A stretch of 64,000 nt of DNA, from NCBI GenBank assembly GCA_963775685.1, contig CAVZJV010000014.1:416001-480000 (forward strand), written 5' to 3'. The stretch is from Candidatus Bathyarchaeota archaeon (GTDB taxonomy: Archaea > Thermoproteota > Bathyarchaeia > Bathyarchaeales > Bathycorpusculaceae). Below, one piece after another: positions 11,614-22,842 of the stretch. The notes beneath the pieces were generated by a model. That model worked only from the letters and a program-made list of their open reading frames with translations. It searched no databases and was not told where the DNA came from. Position 1 is the stretch's first letter. Each line of letters begins with the position of its first letter. The position numbers and the translations under genes were made by a program.

Positions 11614-12774
11614 TTACATCGACGGAAATCTTCGTCTAAAATAGCCCTTTAGAAATTCATGATCATTTGCTAATTCTGTGCTTTTTACAATTTGGCCCTC
11701 AAGTCTATCTAAAGCTACCTTGAACGTCTGTTCCACACCATACCCCTCGCCTGAACTGAAAAATCCGCCTTTCTTTGTTCTAAATTGCAGTCGGCAATGA
11801 ATTAACTGATCCCCCTTGAAGTTTGTGCCATGCGTCTTCATGTAGACAAATAGCGTGCCAGCGTCTAAGGTTCCTCCGTATCTGTGGGTAAAAGATTCGA
11901 AGTCGTCCATAACTGCGCCTCGTTGAATTTCATCAATCTCCACGTCTTTAACTGAAAATTGCACAGTAAGCCTTTCCAATGGTTTTTCCAGTTGAGCTAA
12001 AGGTTCAAGAAAGTCTCGTTTAGTTATGATTCCGACAGGTCTTCCTTTGCTGACGATCACCAAAGAGGAAATGTTGAATTTGTGCATTTGCTCTTCAGCA
12101 TCTCGCAATTTGGATTCAGGAAAAACAGTGATTACAGGCTTAACCATTATGCCCTTCGCATGAATACTTAGAACAGGAACTTTCTCACCTACTCTTTCAC
12201 CTAACCTTTGCACATGTCTGGGCTGAAAGATATTCTCAATAATATCGGAAATGCTCACCATTCCTACGAGTTTTCCATCCTTGACTATGGGAACGTGAGA
12301 GATTCCTTCATTTCTTATAAGACTTAGAACTGCCCCTAGCGATTGGTTTTCTTCTACAGTGAACGGCTTCTTGGTCATTATTTCTTCGACATTAGTGTTA
12401 CCCCATTGGTCCATTACAGCACCATGGATAACATCCTCGTCTGTTACAAAACCTAAGAGCTTGTCTTCACTGTAAACGGGAAGTTGCCTGGTTTCACTCT
12501 CGATCATTAACTTAGCGACTTTACTGAGAGAATCCTTCAGGGTAACGGCAGGCGCTGACCGCGTCAAAGTTTTGACTTTGGTCCCAGACGCATCAAAACT
12601 AGACCGTTTTATCGATTTTCGTGAAATAACCCCTTTGTAACTGCCTTCACTATCGAAAACCGCTAAAACAGGCGACATCCCTTCTTTGAAAAGTGATAGA
12701 GATGAAGAAAGTGCGTCATTTTCCTGTACTTCTAAGAACCCCTTTGAAAAAACATCTTCAACGAGTTTAACCAT
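11614..12774 (-). CDS. four-CBS-domain protein with C-terminal HPF/RaiA-like domain
   Basis: repeated CBS motifs (LPVYSEDKLLGFVTDEDV, HVPIVKDGKLVGMVSISDI, PVGIITKRDF); C-terminus CRLQFRTKKGGFFSSGEGYGVEQTFKVALDRLEGQI resembles the HPF fold. Confidence 0.8.
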   Translation of the reverse strand: MVKLVEDVFSKGFLEVQENDALSSSLSLFKEGMSPVLAVFDSEGSYKGVISRKSIKRSSFDASGTKVKTLTRSAPAVTLKDSLSKVAKLMIESETRQLPVYSEDKLLGFVTDEDVIHGAVMDQWGNTNVEEIMTKKPFTVEENQSLGAVLSLIRNEGISHVPIVKDGKLVGMVSISDIIENIFQPRHVQRLGERVGEKVPVLSIHAKGIMVKPVITVFPESKLRDAEEQMHKFNISSLVIVSKGRPVGIITKRDFLEPLAQLEKPLERLTVQFSVKDVEIDEIQRGAVMDDFESFTHRYGGTLDAGTLFVYMKTHGTNFKGDQLIHCRLQFRTKKGGFFSSGEGYGVEQTFKVALDRLEGQIVKSTELANDHEFLKGYFRRRFPSM

Positions 12775-13162
12775 AAAAAACACTTCAGTACTGTTATGTA
12801 TCCTCCCCGAATAATTTAAGCCTTAATAGACTCAGCGCCCTTGCCATAATCGATGTTCTCGTTTTTTAATCAAGTTCACTTCAATTATGTCCTCAGGGCA
12901 AACCTCTACGCCTCTATGATTTGGCTTACTAAAATAGTCGAAGCAAATGGACTGGGTTCATCGGTTATGCTATGCACTTATCCCCGCTGTCCTTGTTCCC
13001 TTTACTGAGGATCCATATACGTCGAACTATTCTGTCAGCTAAGCCAAAGAGAAATAGTAAACAAAATAGTCAACTTTCACGCCGGTTCAAAAATGAGAGT
13101 TATCAATTTTGAGGAAACTAATTATGGGTGGAAGCATTTCTAATTGTAACGAAGAGTTTTTT

Positions 13163-14935
13163 ATGTCTGTTAAAGATCCTGTGTGCGGAATGCCTTTAGA
13201 TGCAACGCTGACCCAGTTTACTGCGAATTTCTTGTCTAAGCAATATTATTTTGACAGCGAGTACTGCATGAATGGTTTTATTGAAGGCGCCAAAATTGCT
13301 TATTTCTCGATGGAAATCGCTATGGATACGGATATTCCTACCTATAGTGGGGGGCTGGGTGTTCTAGCGGGAGACGCGATTAGGTCAAGTTCTGACTTGA
13401 GACTGCCCTTGGTTGCAGTAACCTTAGTGAGCAGGAAAGGCTATCTTAAACAAAAAATAACGCTTGACGGAAGACAATTAGAGTATCCTGAAGAGTGGAA
13501 TCCCTCCAAGTTCATGAAACTGTTGCCAGAAACTGCATCCGTTAAAATTGCTGGACGAGATGTCAAAATCGGCGTGTGGGCCTATGAACAAGAAAGTCTA
13601 ACAGGCGGAACCATCCCAGTGCTGTTTCTCACGACAGATGTTGAAGGGAACACTCAAGAAGACAGAGAAATTACCGATTTTCTTTATGGAGGCGACGAAA
13701 AATACAGGTTAAAACAAGAAATAGTCTTGGGAATCGGTGGAGAACGCATCCTCGAGGCCTTGAAAATCAACGTCAAAAAGTACCATATGAACGAGGGTCA
13801 TTCTAGTCTTCTTACTCTTGAACTGTTAAAGAACAATAATTTGAACATTGACAAAGTAAAAAATTTGTGTGTTTTTACTACGCATACCCCGGTGGCAGCG
13901 GCATTTGATAAGTTCTCATATGACCTCCTCTCGGAAGTACTGGAAACTGAGGTACCGCTAGAAATCCTAAAGAAATATGGTGGACAAGACAAGCTGAATA
14001 TGACCCTTTTAGCTTTAAACCTGAGCAAGTACACAAACGGCGTTACAGAAGCGCATATGGAATACTCAAGGAAGCTTTTTCCTGGATATCACATACAAGA
14101 AATAATCAACGGCGTCCATTCTTACACTTGGACATGCATTCAATTTCGCGAGTTATTCGACAAATATATCCGGGGATGGGCAAATGAACCCGAACTTTTG
14201 GTAAGAATTGATCCCGTTCCTGAAGAGGAGGTGTGGGAAGCCCATTTGAAAGCTAAACAAGATTTACTCCGCTTGGTTCACACCAATACGGGGATTCAGA
14301 TGGATCCAAACGTTTTAACGATAGGTTTTGCCAGAAGAGCCACAGAGTATAAGCGAGCAAAGATGATTTTTTCAGATTTGGAAAAGCTTAAAGAAATCAA
14401 CAGTCAAGGCAAGATTCAATTGATTTTCGCTGGAAAGGCACATCCAAGGGATGAGCTGGGGAAAAGTCTTATCAGAGAAATTTATGAATATATAGAACGG
14501 TTAAAAGGCGTAATGGAAATAGTCTATCTTGAAAATTACAATATGGCGATTGCTGGGAAACTGACTTCTGGAGTTGACGTTTGGCTGAATACGCCCATGC
14601 CGCCAATGGAGGCGTCTGGGACCAGCGGGATGAAAGCTGCGCATAATGGTGTTATCAACTTTAGCGTTTTAGATGGGTGGTGGATAGAGGGATGTGTGGA
14701 AGGTCTCACAGGTTGGGCTATAGGTCCATCGGCCAATCAATGGCTTAATGAACAAGAGACAAGGAAAAGAGAAATTGCTGATCTATACAACAAGCTGGAA
14801 TACGTTATTATTCCAAAATTTTATCGTGAACGCGATAGCTGGATAGACATGATGAAAAACTCTATTGGTAAAGTAGCATATTATTTCAACACTCATCGAA
14901 TGATGCGAAGATACGCCACAGACGCCTATCTATAG
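13163..14935 (+). CDS. glgP: alpha-glucan (glycogen) phosphorylase with N-terminal YHS/TRASH domain
   Basis: AYFSMEI, YSGGLGVLAGD, HMNEGH, FTTHTP, FARRATEYKR, EASGTSGMKA (PLP Lys); N-terminal KDPVCGM...YYFDSEYC. Confidence 0.93.
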   Translation: MSVKDPVCGMPLDATLTQFTANFLSKQYYFDSEYCMNGFIEGAKIAYFSMEIAMDTDIPTYSGGLGVLAGDAIRSSSDLRLPLVAVTLVSRKGYLKQKITLDGRQLEYPEEWNPSKFMKLLPETASVKIAGRDVKIGVWAYEQESLTGGTIPVLFLTTDVEGNTQEDREITDFLYGGDEKYRLKQEIVLGIGGERILEALKINVKKYHMNEGHSSLLTLELLKNNNLNIDKVKNLCVFTTHTPVAAAFDKFSYDLLSEVLETEVPLEILKKYGGQDKLNMTLLALNLSKYTNGVTEAHMEYSRKLFPGYHIQEIINGVHSYTWTCIQFRELFDKYIRGWANEPELLVRIDPVPEEEVWEAHLKAKQDLLRLVHTNTGIQMDPNVLTIGFARRATEYKRAKMIFSDLEKLKEINSQGKIQLIFAGKAHPRDELGKSLIREIYEYIERLKGVMEIVYLENYNMAIAGKLTSGVDVWLNTPMPPMEASGTSGMKAAHNGVINFSVLDGWWIEGCVEGLTGWAIGPSANQWLNEQETRKREIADLYNKLEYVIIPKFYRERDSWIDMMKNSIGKVAYYFNTHRMMRRYATDAYL

Positions 14936-14966
14936 GTTAAAAATTTGGACCAAATAAAAACGGTGT

Positions 14967-16300
14967 GTGACAGAAAACGGGTATTTTTAGAGCTTACGAC
15001 ATAAGAGGAATTTACGGTAAAGACTTGACAGAAGAGATTATGACCAAAATAGGTGAAGCCGCCGGAACTCTATGCCCGGGTACCTTCACGATTGGACGAG
15101 ACTTCCGAGAGCATGGCACCGAACTTGAGATTGCGTTCGTTTCAGGACTGAAAAAAACGGGGTCAAACGCTAATCTGGTTGGAACCTGTCCTGCGAGTCT
15201 TTGCGTCTTTGCCAACTGGAAAATGAAAAACGATGCAACCGCCTACATAACCGCGTCCCATCTGCCAGCAGAGTGGAACGGCGTCAAATTCTTCCACCAA
15301 GACGGAGTCGGCTTCTTCGAAGAACGAAAACAAAAAACTGGGCGAGATCATCATCTCAGAAAAGTTCAAAACAGGCAGAGGAACAGCAAAGAAGCTTGAA
15401 GGAATGGACACAGAATACGCTAATTTCGTGGCCGAAAAAATAAAACCAGAGAAAATAAGTCTTGTCGCTGACTTCGGAAACGGGGCCGCATGTCTATTGG
15501 TACCGAAAATACTCAAGAAAATCGGTGTCAAAGCCACTTTCCTGTTTGATTGGCCCGACCCAACGTTTTCAAACAGAGACCCTGAACCGAAACCAGAAAC
15601 CTTGACTGCTCTGTGCAAGAAGGTTGTATCGGAGAAGGCAGATCTCGGAATAGCGTTTGACGGCGATGGCGACAGAGCAATTTTCGTTGATGACAAAGGC
15701 AAAGTCATAATGACCGAGCAAAGCGCAATCCTCTTCATCAGGGACATAATGAAAACTCACAAGGGTCCTGTCGTCGCCAACATAGAATGTTCAGACATCA
15801 TCGAGGATGAGGTTAAGAAATACGGGGAAAAAGTGTTTCGTGTACCAGTTGGACATACGTTTTTAGTGCAGGAGACCAAGAAGCACAAAGCTGTTTTCGG
15901 GGTTGAAAAATCGGGTCACATTTGCGTTCCAAAGTTCTTCTGGTTTGACGACGCAATAATAAACAGTATGTACATGGCGGAAATCGTCTCAAAAATGGGG
16001 CAGAAACTCTCAGAAGCCGTTAAACAGTTGCCGGGGAGGCTCTTCGAAAGAATCGAAATAAAGTGCTCAGACGAAACGAAGTTTCAAGTTATCAACAAAA
16101 TAAAAGAAAAAGCTATGGCAGCATATCAAAACATAAACACGATTGATGGCGTTAAAATTGTTTTTCCAGATTCGTGGGCTCTGATCAGAGCATCAAACAC
16201 ATCACCGATAATGCGCTTATCGATAGAGGCAAGAGACCAAAAAAGACTTGACGAACTCAAAAAGGAAATGATAAAACTGATAGAGAGTGTCAATTTATGA
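14967..16300 (+). pseudogene. phosphoglucomutase/phosphomannomutase, two +1 frameshifts (~14980, ~15324)
   Basis: GIFRAYDIRG, ITASHLP (catalytic Ser), FDGDGDR, GVEKSGH, IRASNTSP motifs across frames. Confidence 0.88.
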
Positions 16301-18744
16301 GTGAAGGTCTCTTAACCACGGAAGAGGCAAAGAAAGCCAATATTGATGAACTATTAAGCAAACTTTCGGCAGGCAAAGGAGGTCTTTCTTCCTCAGAAGC
16401 AGAAAAACGACTTCAGCAATACGGTCCTAATGAGATTCAGGAAAAAAAAGTTAACCCGCTACTAAAGTTTCTTCACTATTTTTGGGGTCCAATTCCATGG
16501 ATGATTGAAGCAGCAGTAGTAATGTCTGCAGTTATCCAACGGTGGCCTGATTTTGCAATAATCTTGACGCTACTAATGGTAAACGCCATAGTAGGGTCGT
16601 GGCAGGAACGTAAAGCGGGTAATGCTATAGAACTACTAAAGAAGAGATTAGCCTTAAAAGCGCGTGTCCTGCGCGATGGGAAATGGCAGGGAACGCCCGC
16701 TGAAAAACTGGTGCCAGGCGACATTGTTCGACTTCGTTTAGGAGAAATCATTCCTGCCGATGTAAAACTAATCGACGGAGATTACCTCTTAACCGACGAG
16801 TCCGCATTAACGGGAGAATCGCTGCCTGTTGAGAAACATCTCTCAGACATCGGATATGCAAGCTCGATTGTCAAACAAGGTGAAATGAACGCGCTTGTAG
16901 TAAACACCGCAGCCAAGACTTTTTTTGGCAAAACCGCTAAACTCGTAGAGCAAGCCCAAACTCCGAGCCACTTTCAAAAAGCCATCGGCAAAATAGGCGA
17001 TTACCTGATTTTCTTAGCGATAGGACTCGTAATAGTGATCGTTTTAGTTTCGATTTTTAGAGGTCAAAACATTTTAGACATCATTCAATTTGCATTGATC
17101 TTAACTGTTGCAGGGATACCTGCAGCACTTCCCGCGGTTCTCTCAGTTACAATGGCCATAGGAGCCATAGCCCTCGCCAGAAAGGAAGCGATCGTTAGCA
17201 AATTGGTTGCGATTGAGGAAATGGCAAGCATGGACGTGCTATGCTCAGACAAAACGGGCACTATCACTAAAAATGCGCTCACTATGGGCGGAACTAAACC
17301 TTACGATAAATTCTCAGAAAATGACGTACTGTTATTCAGTGCTCTTGCGTCAAGAGAAGAAGATAAAGACCCTATCGACGAAGCAATCTTAACTAAAACT
17401 AAGAGTACACCTGCCATCTCGGATAGAATAGGGCATATCAAAGTGACCAGTTTTAAGCCATTCGATCCCGTCATTAAAAGAGCTGAGGCGACAGTACAAG
17501 GTGAAGATGGAAATCAGTTTAAGGTGACTAAAGGAGCACCTCAGGTAATTCTGGCTTTGGTCGAAGACAAGAAAAAGGTCAATAGCAAATTAACAGAAGA
17601 TGTTAATGAGTTTGCCAAGAAAGGGTATCGTGCGCTGGGTGTTGCTCGAACTGACGAGGAAAACAAGTGGCAGTTTGCAGGTTTAATTGCTTTATTCGAT
17701 CCGCCAAGGGAAGATTCAGCCCAAACGATTAAGACGGCTCAATCGATGGGTGTCAGCGTGAAGATGGTTACGGGGGACCACATTGCTATTGCCAAAGAGA
17801 TTTCGAGTCAGGTCAACCTTGGAAATGATATTGTGTTGCCCGCTGCTTTTTTGGATAAGTCTGACGGTGAGGCTCAGCGCGTGGTTGAAGAGGCTGAAGG
17901 CTTTGCAGAGGTCTTCCCTGAGCATAAGTACCGTATTGTTGAGCTTCTCCAAGAAGAAGACCATGTTGTAGGGATGACTGGAGATGGGGTTAATGATGCG
18001 CCGGCTTTGAAGAAGGCTAATGCGGGTATTGCGGTTGAGGGCGCCACTGACGCAGCAAAATCAGCAGCGGATATAGTTTTGACTAAGCCTGGTCTTTCTG
18101 TTATAATCGACGCGATTAAGGAGAGTCGTAAGATTTTCCAGCGCATGACTAATTACTGCACCTACCGCATCGCTGAAACGATAAGGATTCTGCTTTTTAT
18201 GACTACATCAATCGTCATTTTCCAGTTTTACCCTGTTACTGCTCTGATGCTTGTTTTGTTAGCTCTTTTAAATGACCTGCCGATCATGACTATAGCTTAT
18301 GACAAAGTGAAGTATTCGGATAAACCTGAGAAATGGGATATGCGTTCTTTGTTGGGAATAGCGACGTTTCTTGGAATAATAGGGGTCTTCTCAACTTTTG
18401 GGATTCTCTATCTTGGACTAGTTGTGTTGAAGCTAAACCCACTTGTTTTGCAATCTTTCATATATCTCAAACTTTCAGTTGCAGGGCACTTGACTGTGTT
18501 TGTCGCGAGAACTAAGGGTCACTTTTGGTCAGTGAAACCGGCAAAGCCGCTTCTGTTTGCAGTCATTGCTACTCAACTTGTCGCTACAATAATTACTGTA
18601 TACGGTATTTTGCTTCCTGCAATGGGTTGGGGGTTAGCCGCCCTGGTGTGGGGTTATGCGTTGGTCCTCTTTGTCATAACAGACTTTGCCAAGGTACGCT
18701 TGTATAAGCTACTTGACCATACTGGAATTAAATTTCATGAATAG
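16297..18744 (+). CDS. plasma-membrane proton-efflux P-type ATPase (P3A)
   Basis: FWGPIPWMIE, TGES, CSDKTGT, KGAPQ, FDPPR, GMTGDGVNDAPAL, LLNDLPIMTIAYD. Confidence 0.93.
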   Translation: MSEGLLTTEEAKKANIDELLSKLSAGKGGLSSSEAEKRLQQYGPNEIQEKKVNPLLKFLHYFWGPIPWMIEAAVVMSAVIQRWPDFAIILTLLMVNAIVGSWQERKAGNAIELLKKRLALKARVLRDGKWQGTPAEKLVPGDIVRLRLGEIIPADVKLIDGDYLLTDESALTGESLPVEKHLSDIGYASSIVKQGEMNALVVNTAAKTFFGKTAKLVEQAQTPSHFQKAIGKIGDYLIFLAIGLVIVIVLVSIFRGQNILDIIQFALILTVAGIPAALPAVLSVTMAIGAIALARKEAIVSKLVAIEEMASMDVLCSDKTGTITKNALTMGGTKPYDKFSENDVLLFSALASREEDKDPIDEAILTKTKSTPAISDRIGHIKVTSFKPFDPVIKRAEATVQGEDGNQFKVTKGAPQVILALVEDKKKVNSKLTEDVNEFAKKGYRALGVARTDEENKWQFAGLIALFDPPREDSAQTIKTAQSMGVSVKMVTGDHIAIAKEISSQVNLGNDIVLPAAFLDKSDGEAQRVVEEAEGFAEVFPEHKYRIVELLQEEDHVVGMTGDGVNDAPALKKANAGIAVEGATDAAKSAADIVLTKPGLSVIIDAIKESRKIFQRMTNYCTYRIAETIRILLFMTTSIVIFQFYPVTALMLVLLALLNDLPIMTIAYDKVKYSDKPEKWDMRSLLGIATFLGIIGVFSTFGILYLGLVVLKLNPLVLQSFIYLKLSVAGHLTVFVARTKGHFWSVKPAKPLLFAVIATQLVATIITVYGILLPAMGWGLAALVWGYALVLFVITDFAKVRLYKLLDHTGIKFHE

Positions 18745-18950
18745 ACCCGAGAGCGAAGGAATATTCAGAAAAACAGGACGTAACAAGAAACCCTTTATCC
18801 ATTTAGCCCCAAGATATGTGCAAGTCCATTTACATTATTATTTCTAATTCTCAATCAATAGAAAATCTATCAACAAGAAATAACATCGCCGATATTTGAA
18901 CCCGAATTATGGTAATGCTGTGGTGCGGTCGCAGAGTTGTATACCCATTT

Positions 18951-18968
18951 CAGAGTGTGTGAAAAACC
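18951..18968. mobile_element. solo IS1182-type terminal inverted repeat
   Basis: cagagtgtgtgaaaaacc preceded by accc-attt, the same half-target seen at the other copies. Confidence 0.45.
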
Positions 18969-19126
18969 ATTGATCGCACAATTTTAGGGATTGAATTCCT
19001 CGTTGATGTTTTCGTCTTCATGAGCTCAGCGCTTGTATCTATTTTAAGATTGTGACTGTGTTACTGCAACAACGTGCGTTTAATAGTCTCTGTAATTACC
19101 CCTTACTTGTTTGGAGTTGCTGATTT

Positions 19127-19453
19127 TTGGGCGCTATAGATCAAGTTATTAATTTCATTACCTCTGGAAGCATCGGCGGAATTCCACCGTTAGTTTTGAT
19201 GATTATTCCATTTGTCATCGGACTAATCATCGGCTACCTTGTCCACAAAATGCTAAAGATCGCGATTATAGCTACCATTATACTGGTCGTAGTTGCTTAC
19301 TTTGGGTTTTTCGGTTTAAGCCTTGGCGCCTTGAAAGGCATTGCAGACACATATGGTCCTATTGCAATTCAATATGGAGTACTTCTCATGGGTATGCTAC
19401 CGCTTGGTTTAGGACTAATCGTAGGTTTTGTCATAGGTTTCGTATTATCGTAA
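19127..19453 (+). CDS. small Gly-rich membrane protein
   Basis: 108 aa, several hydrophobic helices. Confidence 0.7.
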   Translation: MGAIDQVINFITSGSIGGIPPLVLMIIPFVIGLIIGYLVHKMLKIAIIATIILVVVAYFGFFGLSLGALKGIADTYGPIAIQYGVLLMGMLPLGLGLIVGFVIGFVLS

Positions 19454-19747
19454 CCAACCAATCCCTCTTTATGAGAAAGCTGCTGAAAATCGGCGTATAG
19501 GCGGTTTGAGGTTATTTCATGCGTGTTATTACCTGCGGAACCTAACAAAAAACAACCGACTCCCAAGATATTAAGTGTGTAAAACCTGTTGAGTAAGCAA
19601 CTGAGGCGAAAATTCAAACTCTAGTGGAAAAAAATATCTATATCTTAAGTAACAAAAGAGCATCAAGTTTAAAGAAAGCGCAAGAGTTACGTCACTAAAA
19701 AACTACAAATGTATTGTCGATTTTAAAACTTTATCGGGTCATTAAAG

Positions 19748-20773
19748 ATGAAACAAGTTCCCCAAAATGTGTTTGAAAAAAAATCGCCACATCTCTCGGA
19801 TAACTTTCGCATGGGGTTTAGAATTTATAGCGGGTTGATCTCAAACCTGCTGGGTGCAAAGGTTCCTTTTTTCTGCGGACATAAATTGACTTACAACTGT
19901 AACCTCCGCTGCAAGATGTGTCCTTTTTGGAGAAGACCCAGCCCAGATCCAAGTCTTGCGCAGGAGAAAGCAGTATTAAGAGAAATTTATTATTCAGGTG
20001 CTGTTGGGGTTGCTTTTGAGGGCGGGGAACCGTTGCTTAGGCATGATTTGGTGGATATTCTTGCTTTTTCCCGATCTCTGCCTTTGCATACAAGCCTAAT
20101 TACCAATGGTACTCTGCTTGAATCCAGAATAGACGAAATAGCTCCCTACATCAATGGTGTTGTTTATGTTTCGCTAGATGGTTTGGAAAAGACTCATGAT
20201 GAAATTCGAGGAATAGATGGCAGTTTTAGGAAATCCGTTCGGGGAATAAATGCAGCCAAAGAAAAAGTTTCTTTAACCATCAACACGACGATTATGGCTG
20301 AGAACATTGATGAAATCGAAAGCATGATCATATTAGCCAAAGACTGGGGTATCAAAATATCGGTTGCAGTAACTCATGAATACTGCAACTCAAGTGCTTC
20401 TTTACCAGACATTAATAAAATACCGAAAATTGCCCGAAAGCTCATGCAAATGAAGCGAGAAGGCTACCCCATCGTCAACTCTATGGGTTACTTTAAAGTG
20501 ATGGCGAAAGAGAAAAAATGGCAATGCAAACCCTGGACTATGATAAACATCGACCCACACGGAAAAGTAGTTTTGCCTTGCTACGTCCACAACGACTATG
20601 TCAGTAGTGTTTCCATTTTTGAGGGAGGATTAAAAGGGGCTATATCTAATTTTGACTGGAAAAAAACAAAAAACTGTCAAAGGTGCAGTCTCCATTGTTA
20701 TGTGGAGCCTTCTTTGGTGCTTTCAAGAGACATCAGCACGTTCATGCATTGGGCATTTCGAGTTAGCATCTAA
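19748..20773 (+). CDS. radical SAM protein (PTO1314-family-like) with C-terminal Cys cluster
   Basis: CNLRCKMC, FEGGEP, ITNGTLL, VSLDG; C-terminal CKPW...LPC...CQRCSLHC. Confidence 0.85.
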   Translation: MKQVPQNVFEKKSPHLSDNFRMGFRIYSGLISNLLGAKVPFFCGHKLTYNCNLRCKMCPFWRRPSPDPSLAQEKAVLREIYYSGAVGVAFEGGEPLLRHDLVDILAFSRSLPLHTSLITNGTLLESRIDEIAPYINGVVYVSLDGLEKTHDEIRGIDGSFRKSVRGINAAKEKVSLTINTTIMAENIDEIESMIILAKDWGIKISVAVTHEYCNSSASLPDINKIPKIARKLMQMKREGYPIVNSMGYFKVMAKEKKWQCKPWTMINIDPHGKVVLPCYVHNDYVSSVSIFEGGLKGAISNFDWKKTKNCQRCSLHCYVEPSLVLSRDISTFMHWAFRVSI

Positions 20774-20945
20774 TTTTCTCCAGATCACTTCAAGACTTGA
20801 AGTCTCTCCCGAACTTAAACGGGAGTCAAATTATAATATTACTCCTAATTTTCAATCAATAGGCAATTTTTCAGCAAGAAATGGTATCGTTGAGATTTTA
20901 ACCCAAATTATGGTGTGTTTAAGGCATATGGAACAATCCTATAAC

Positions 20946-21295
20946 CAGACCCTGTAAAAAACTCGGAATTAGAAACGAACTTTACTTGAATTCAACTCTC
21001 GCCTTAGCTCTTTATTGCTGTCTGTCTTGGCTTTTCTTATGACTTCACGATAGCTTTTAGCGTTCCAACTCCAAGAATATCGATGGCTCGTCTCATGTAG
21101 GCAAGCATCGTAAATCCGACTTCGCCTTTGACCTTCTTAAGTCCCTTCAAGAGCAGATAACCATAATTAAAAACTCTCTTCAAGGTTCTGTTGCGGGTTC
21201 AAAAATGTTTTCTTAGGCATGTATAGCTGATATTTAACCAATTATACTATAAAACTATCATTTCCTCAAAAACCTGATAGTTCTCACACACTCTG
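20946..21295 (-). mobile_element. internally deleted IS1182-family relic (MITE-like, ~350 bp)
   Basis: ends cagaccctgtaaaaaactc / ttctcacacactctg; retains the transposase C-terminus YLLLKGLKKVKGEVGFTMLAY on the minus strand. Confidence 0.8.
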
Positions 21296-21530
21296 ATATT
21301 GGTATGAGTCTCTAATCTATAGTAGTCTGACAAAGCGCCGATGGGGATCATAGCCTCAATTTACCATAAAAAAATCATTCTGAGAATTAGTCGCACCGTA
21401 TTCAGACCCAAAATTTGGGTTTTGTCTCTCATGACGAAAATTTTGAAAACCAAAATATTCTCCAGAAACAACAGTTTATCTTCAGGGAAAAAGAAATAAA
21501 AGAACATTGGAGAGCTCTCTTTGAGTTTCT

Positions 21531-22781
21531 TCATAGAAGTGATTCGTAGATTTTTAGTGTCTCATCTGCTACCTTGCGCCATGTGAAGTATTCTATTACT
21601 CTTTTGCGTCCGTTTTCACCCCAATTTCTGGCTTTTTCGGGGTTTCGTAGAGTCTCTTTTATTCCCCATGCTATGTCGAGGGGGTCTTCGCCGTTTATGT
21701 GCACGCCGTTCTGATCGGGGCCGGAGCTTAATACTTGTTCTCTAAAACCTACTACACCTCGTGCGCCCACGACGACTGGTTTTTCCATTGCCATAGCCTC
21801 TAAGCTAACAATTCCAAAGGGTTCGTAAACTGATGGGAATACGCATATGTCGGAAGCGGCGTAATGGAGGATTCTCTCGGGTTCAGAAACAAAATCAAAG
21901 CGGCATGCAACGTTATTTTGAATGTTTAACCTGTACGCTGCTTCAGTTATTATTTGTTCGTCTCCTTTGCCTAGAATTACGAGTTTGGTGTTAGGATATT
22001 CCTTCAAGACAGATGGCATTGCTAAAACAAGGTTTCTAGCGCCTTTTACCCAAGATAATCTTCCCACGAATAGAAGCATGTTCCAATCTTTTGGAACACC
22101 GTACTTTTCGCGAATTGCTGCTATATCCTCGGGTTTGCATTTTGTCATGTCGTAACGGTCAGGGTCCACTCCGTTCCAAACTACGCTTACTTTTGATGAC
22201 GGCCAACCATGCTTAACTAGGTCTTGTTGCATGGCGTAGCTGACTGTGATTATCCTATCTGAGTTGTGAGCCATGGCATCTTCAAAATGCGAAACTACCT
22301 CTGATCCCTGGCCTTCACTTCTTCCCCATTCGGTACTGTGTGTATGGAAGACCACTGGGATTTTTGTTTCATTCTTTATCACCAGACCAGAAATACTACT
22401 TAGCCAATCGTGCACGCACACAACGTCAAAATGATACTTCTCCTTTTTGATCAAACCGTTGATGAAATTAGTTGCGCTGAGAATATTGTACATGAAAATG
22501 TCATTGAAGAATTTTATGTTAGTTCCCCATTTTTTTAAATCGTCAACCACGAAAAATGGAAAAACGTTGCTCGCATCGGCAATTAAGGGTCGATTAACTT
22601 CAACGCCTCTTAGAATTTCTGTGGTTTTCAAAGTTCCCCCAAAATTTAACGTGAAGACCGAAACGTCATTTCCCATTTCAACATATTCCTGCGTTACATT
22701 TTCAGCATACGTCCCTAAACCACCAACAATCGCTGGAGGATATTCATAAACAAAAAAGCCAATTCTCAAAATGTTCACCAA
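21531..22781 (-). CDS. GT4 glycosyltransferase (archaeal glycogen-synthase-like)
   Basis: EYPPAIVGGLG, HDWLS, FVGRLSWVKG, PSVYEPFGIVSLEAMA; next to glgB. Confidence 0.9.
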   Translation of the reverse strand: MVNILRIGFFVYEYPPAIVGGLGTYAENVTQEYVEMGNDVSVFTLNFGGTLKTTEILRGVEVNRPLIADASNVFPFFVVDDLKKWGTNIKFFNDIFMYNILSATNFINGLIKKEKYHFDVVCVHDWLSSISGLVIKNETKIPVVFHTHSTEWGRSEGQGSEVVSHFEDAMAHNSDRIITVSYAMQQDLVKHGWPSSKVSVVWNGVDPDRYDMTKCKPEDIAAIREKYGVPKDWNMLLFVGRLSWVKGARNLVLAMPSVLKEYPNTKLVILGKGDEQIITEAAYRLNIQNNVACRFDFVSEPERILHYAASDICVFPSVYEPFGIVSLEAMAMEKPVVVGARGVVGFREQVLSSGPDQNGVHINGEDPLDIAWGIKETLRNPEKARNWGENGRKRVIEYFTWRKVADETLKIYESLL

Positions 22782-22842
22782 ATTAGAGTTCTAAATTATT
22801 TTCGAATTGTATTTTATATGGTCAACTAATACTTAAGTTAAC

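Noticed and set aside
19748-20773. Second RiPP maturase
   Set aside because: No precursor-like ORF nearby and no RRE-length N-terminal extension; it looks like a stand-alone archaeal radical SAM family.
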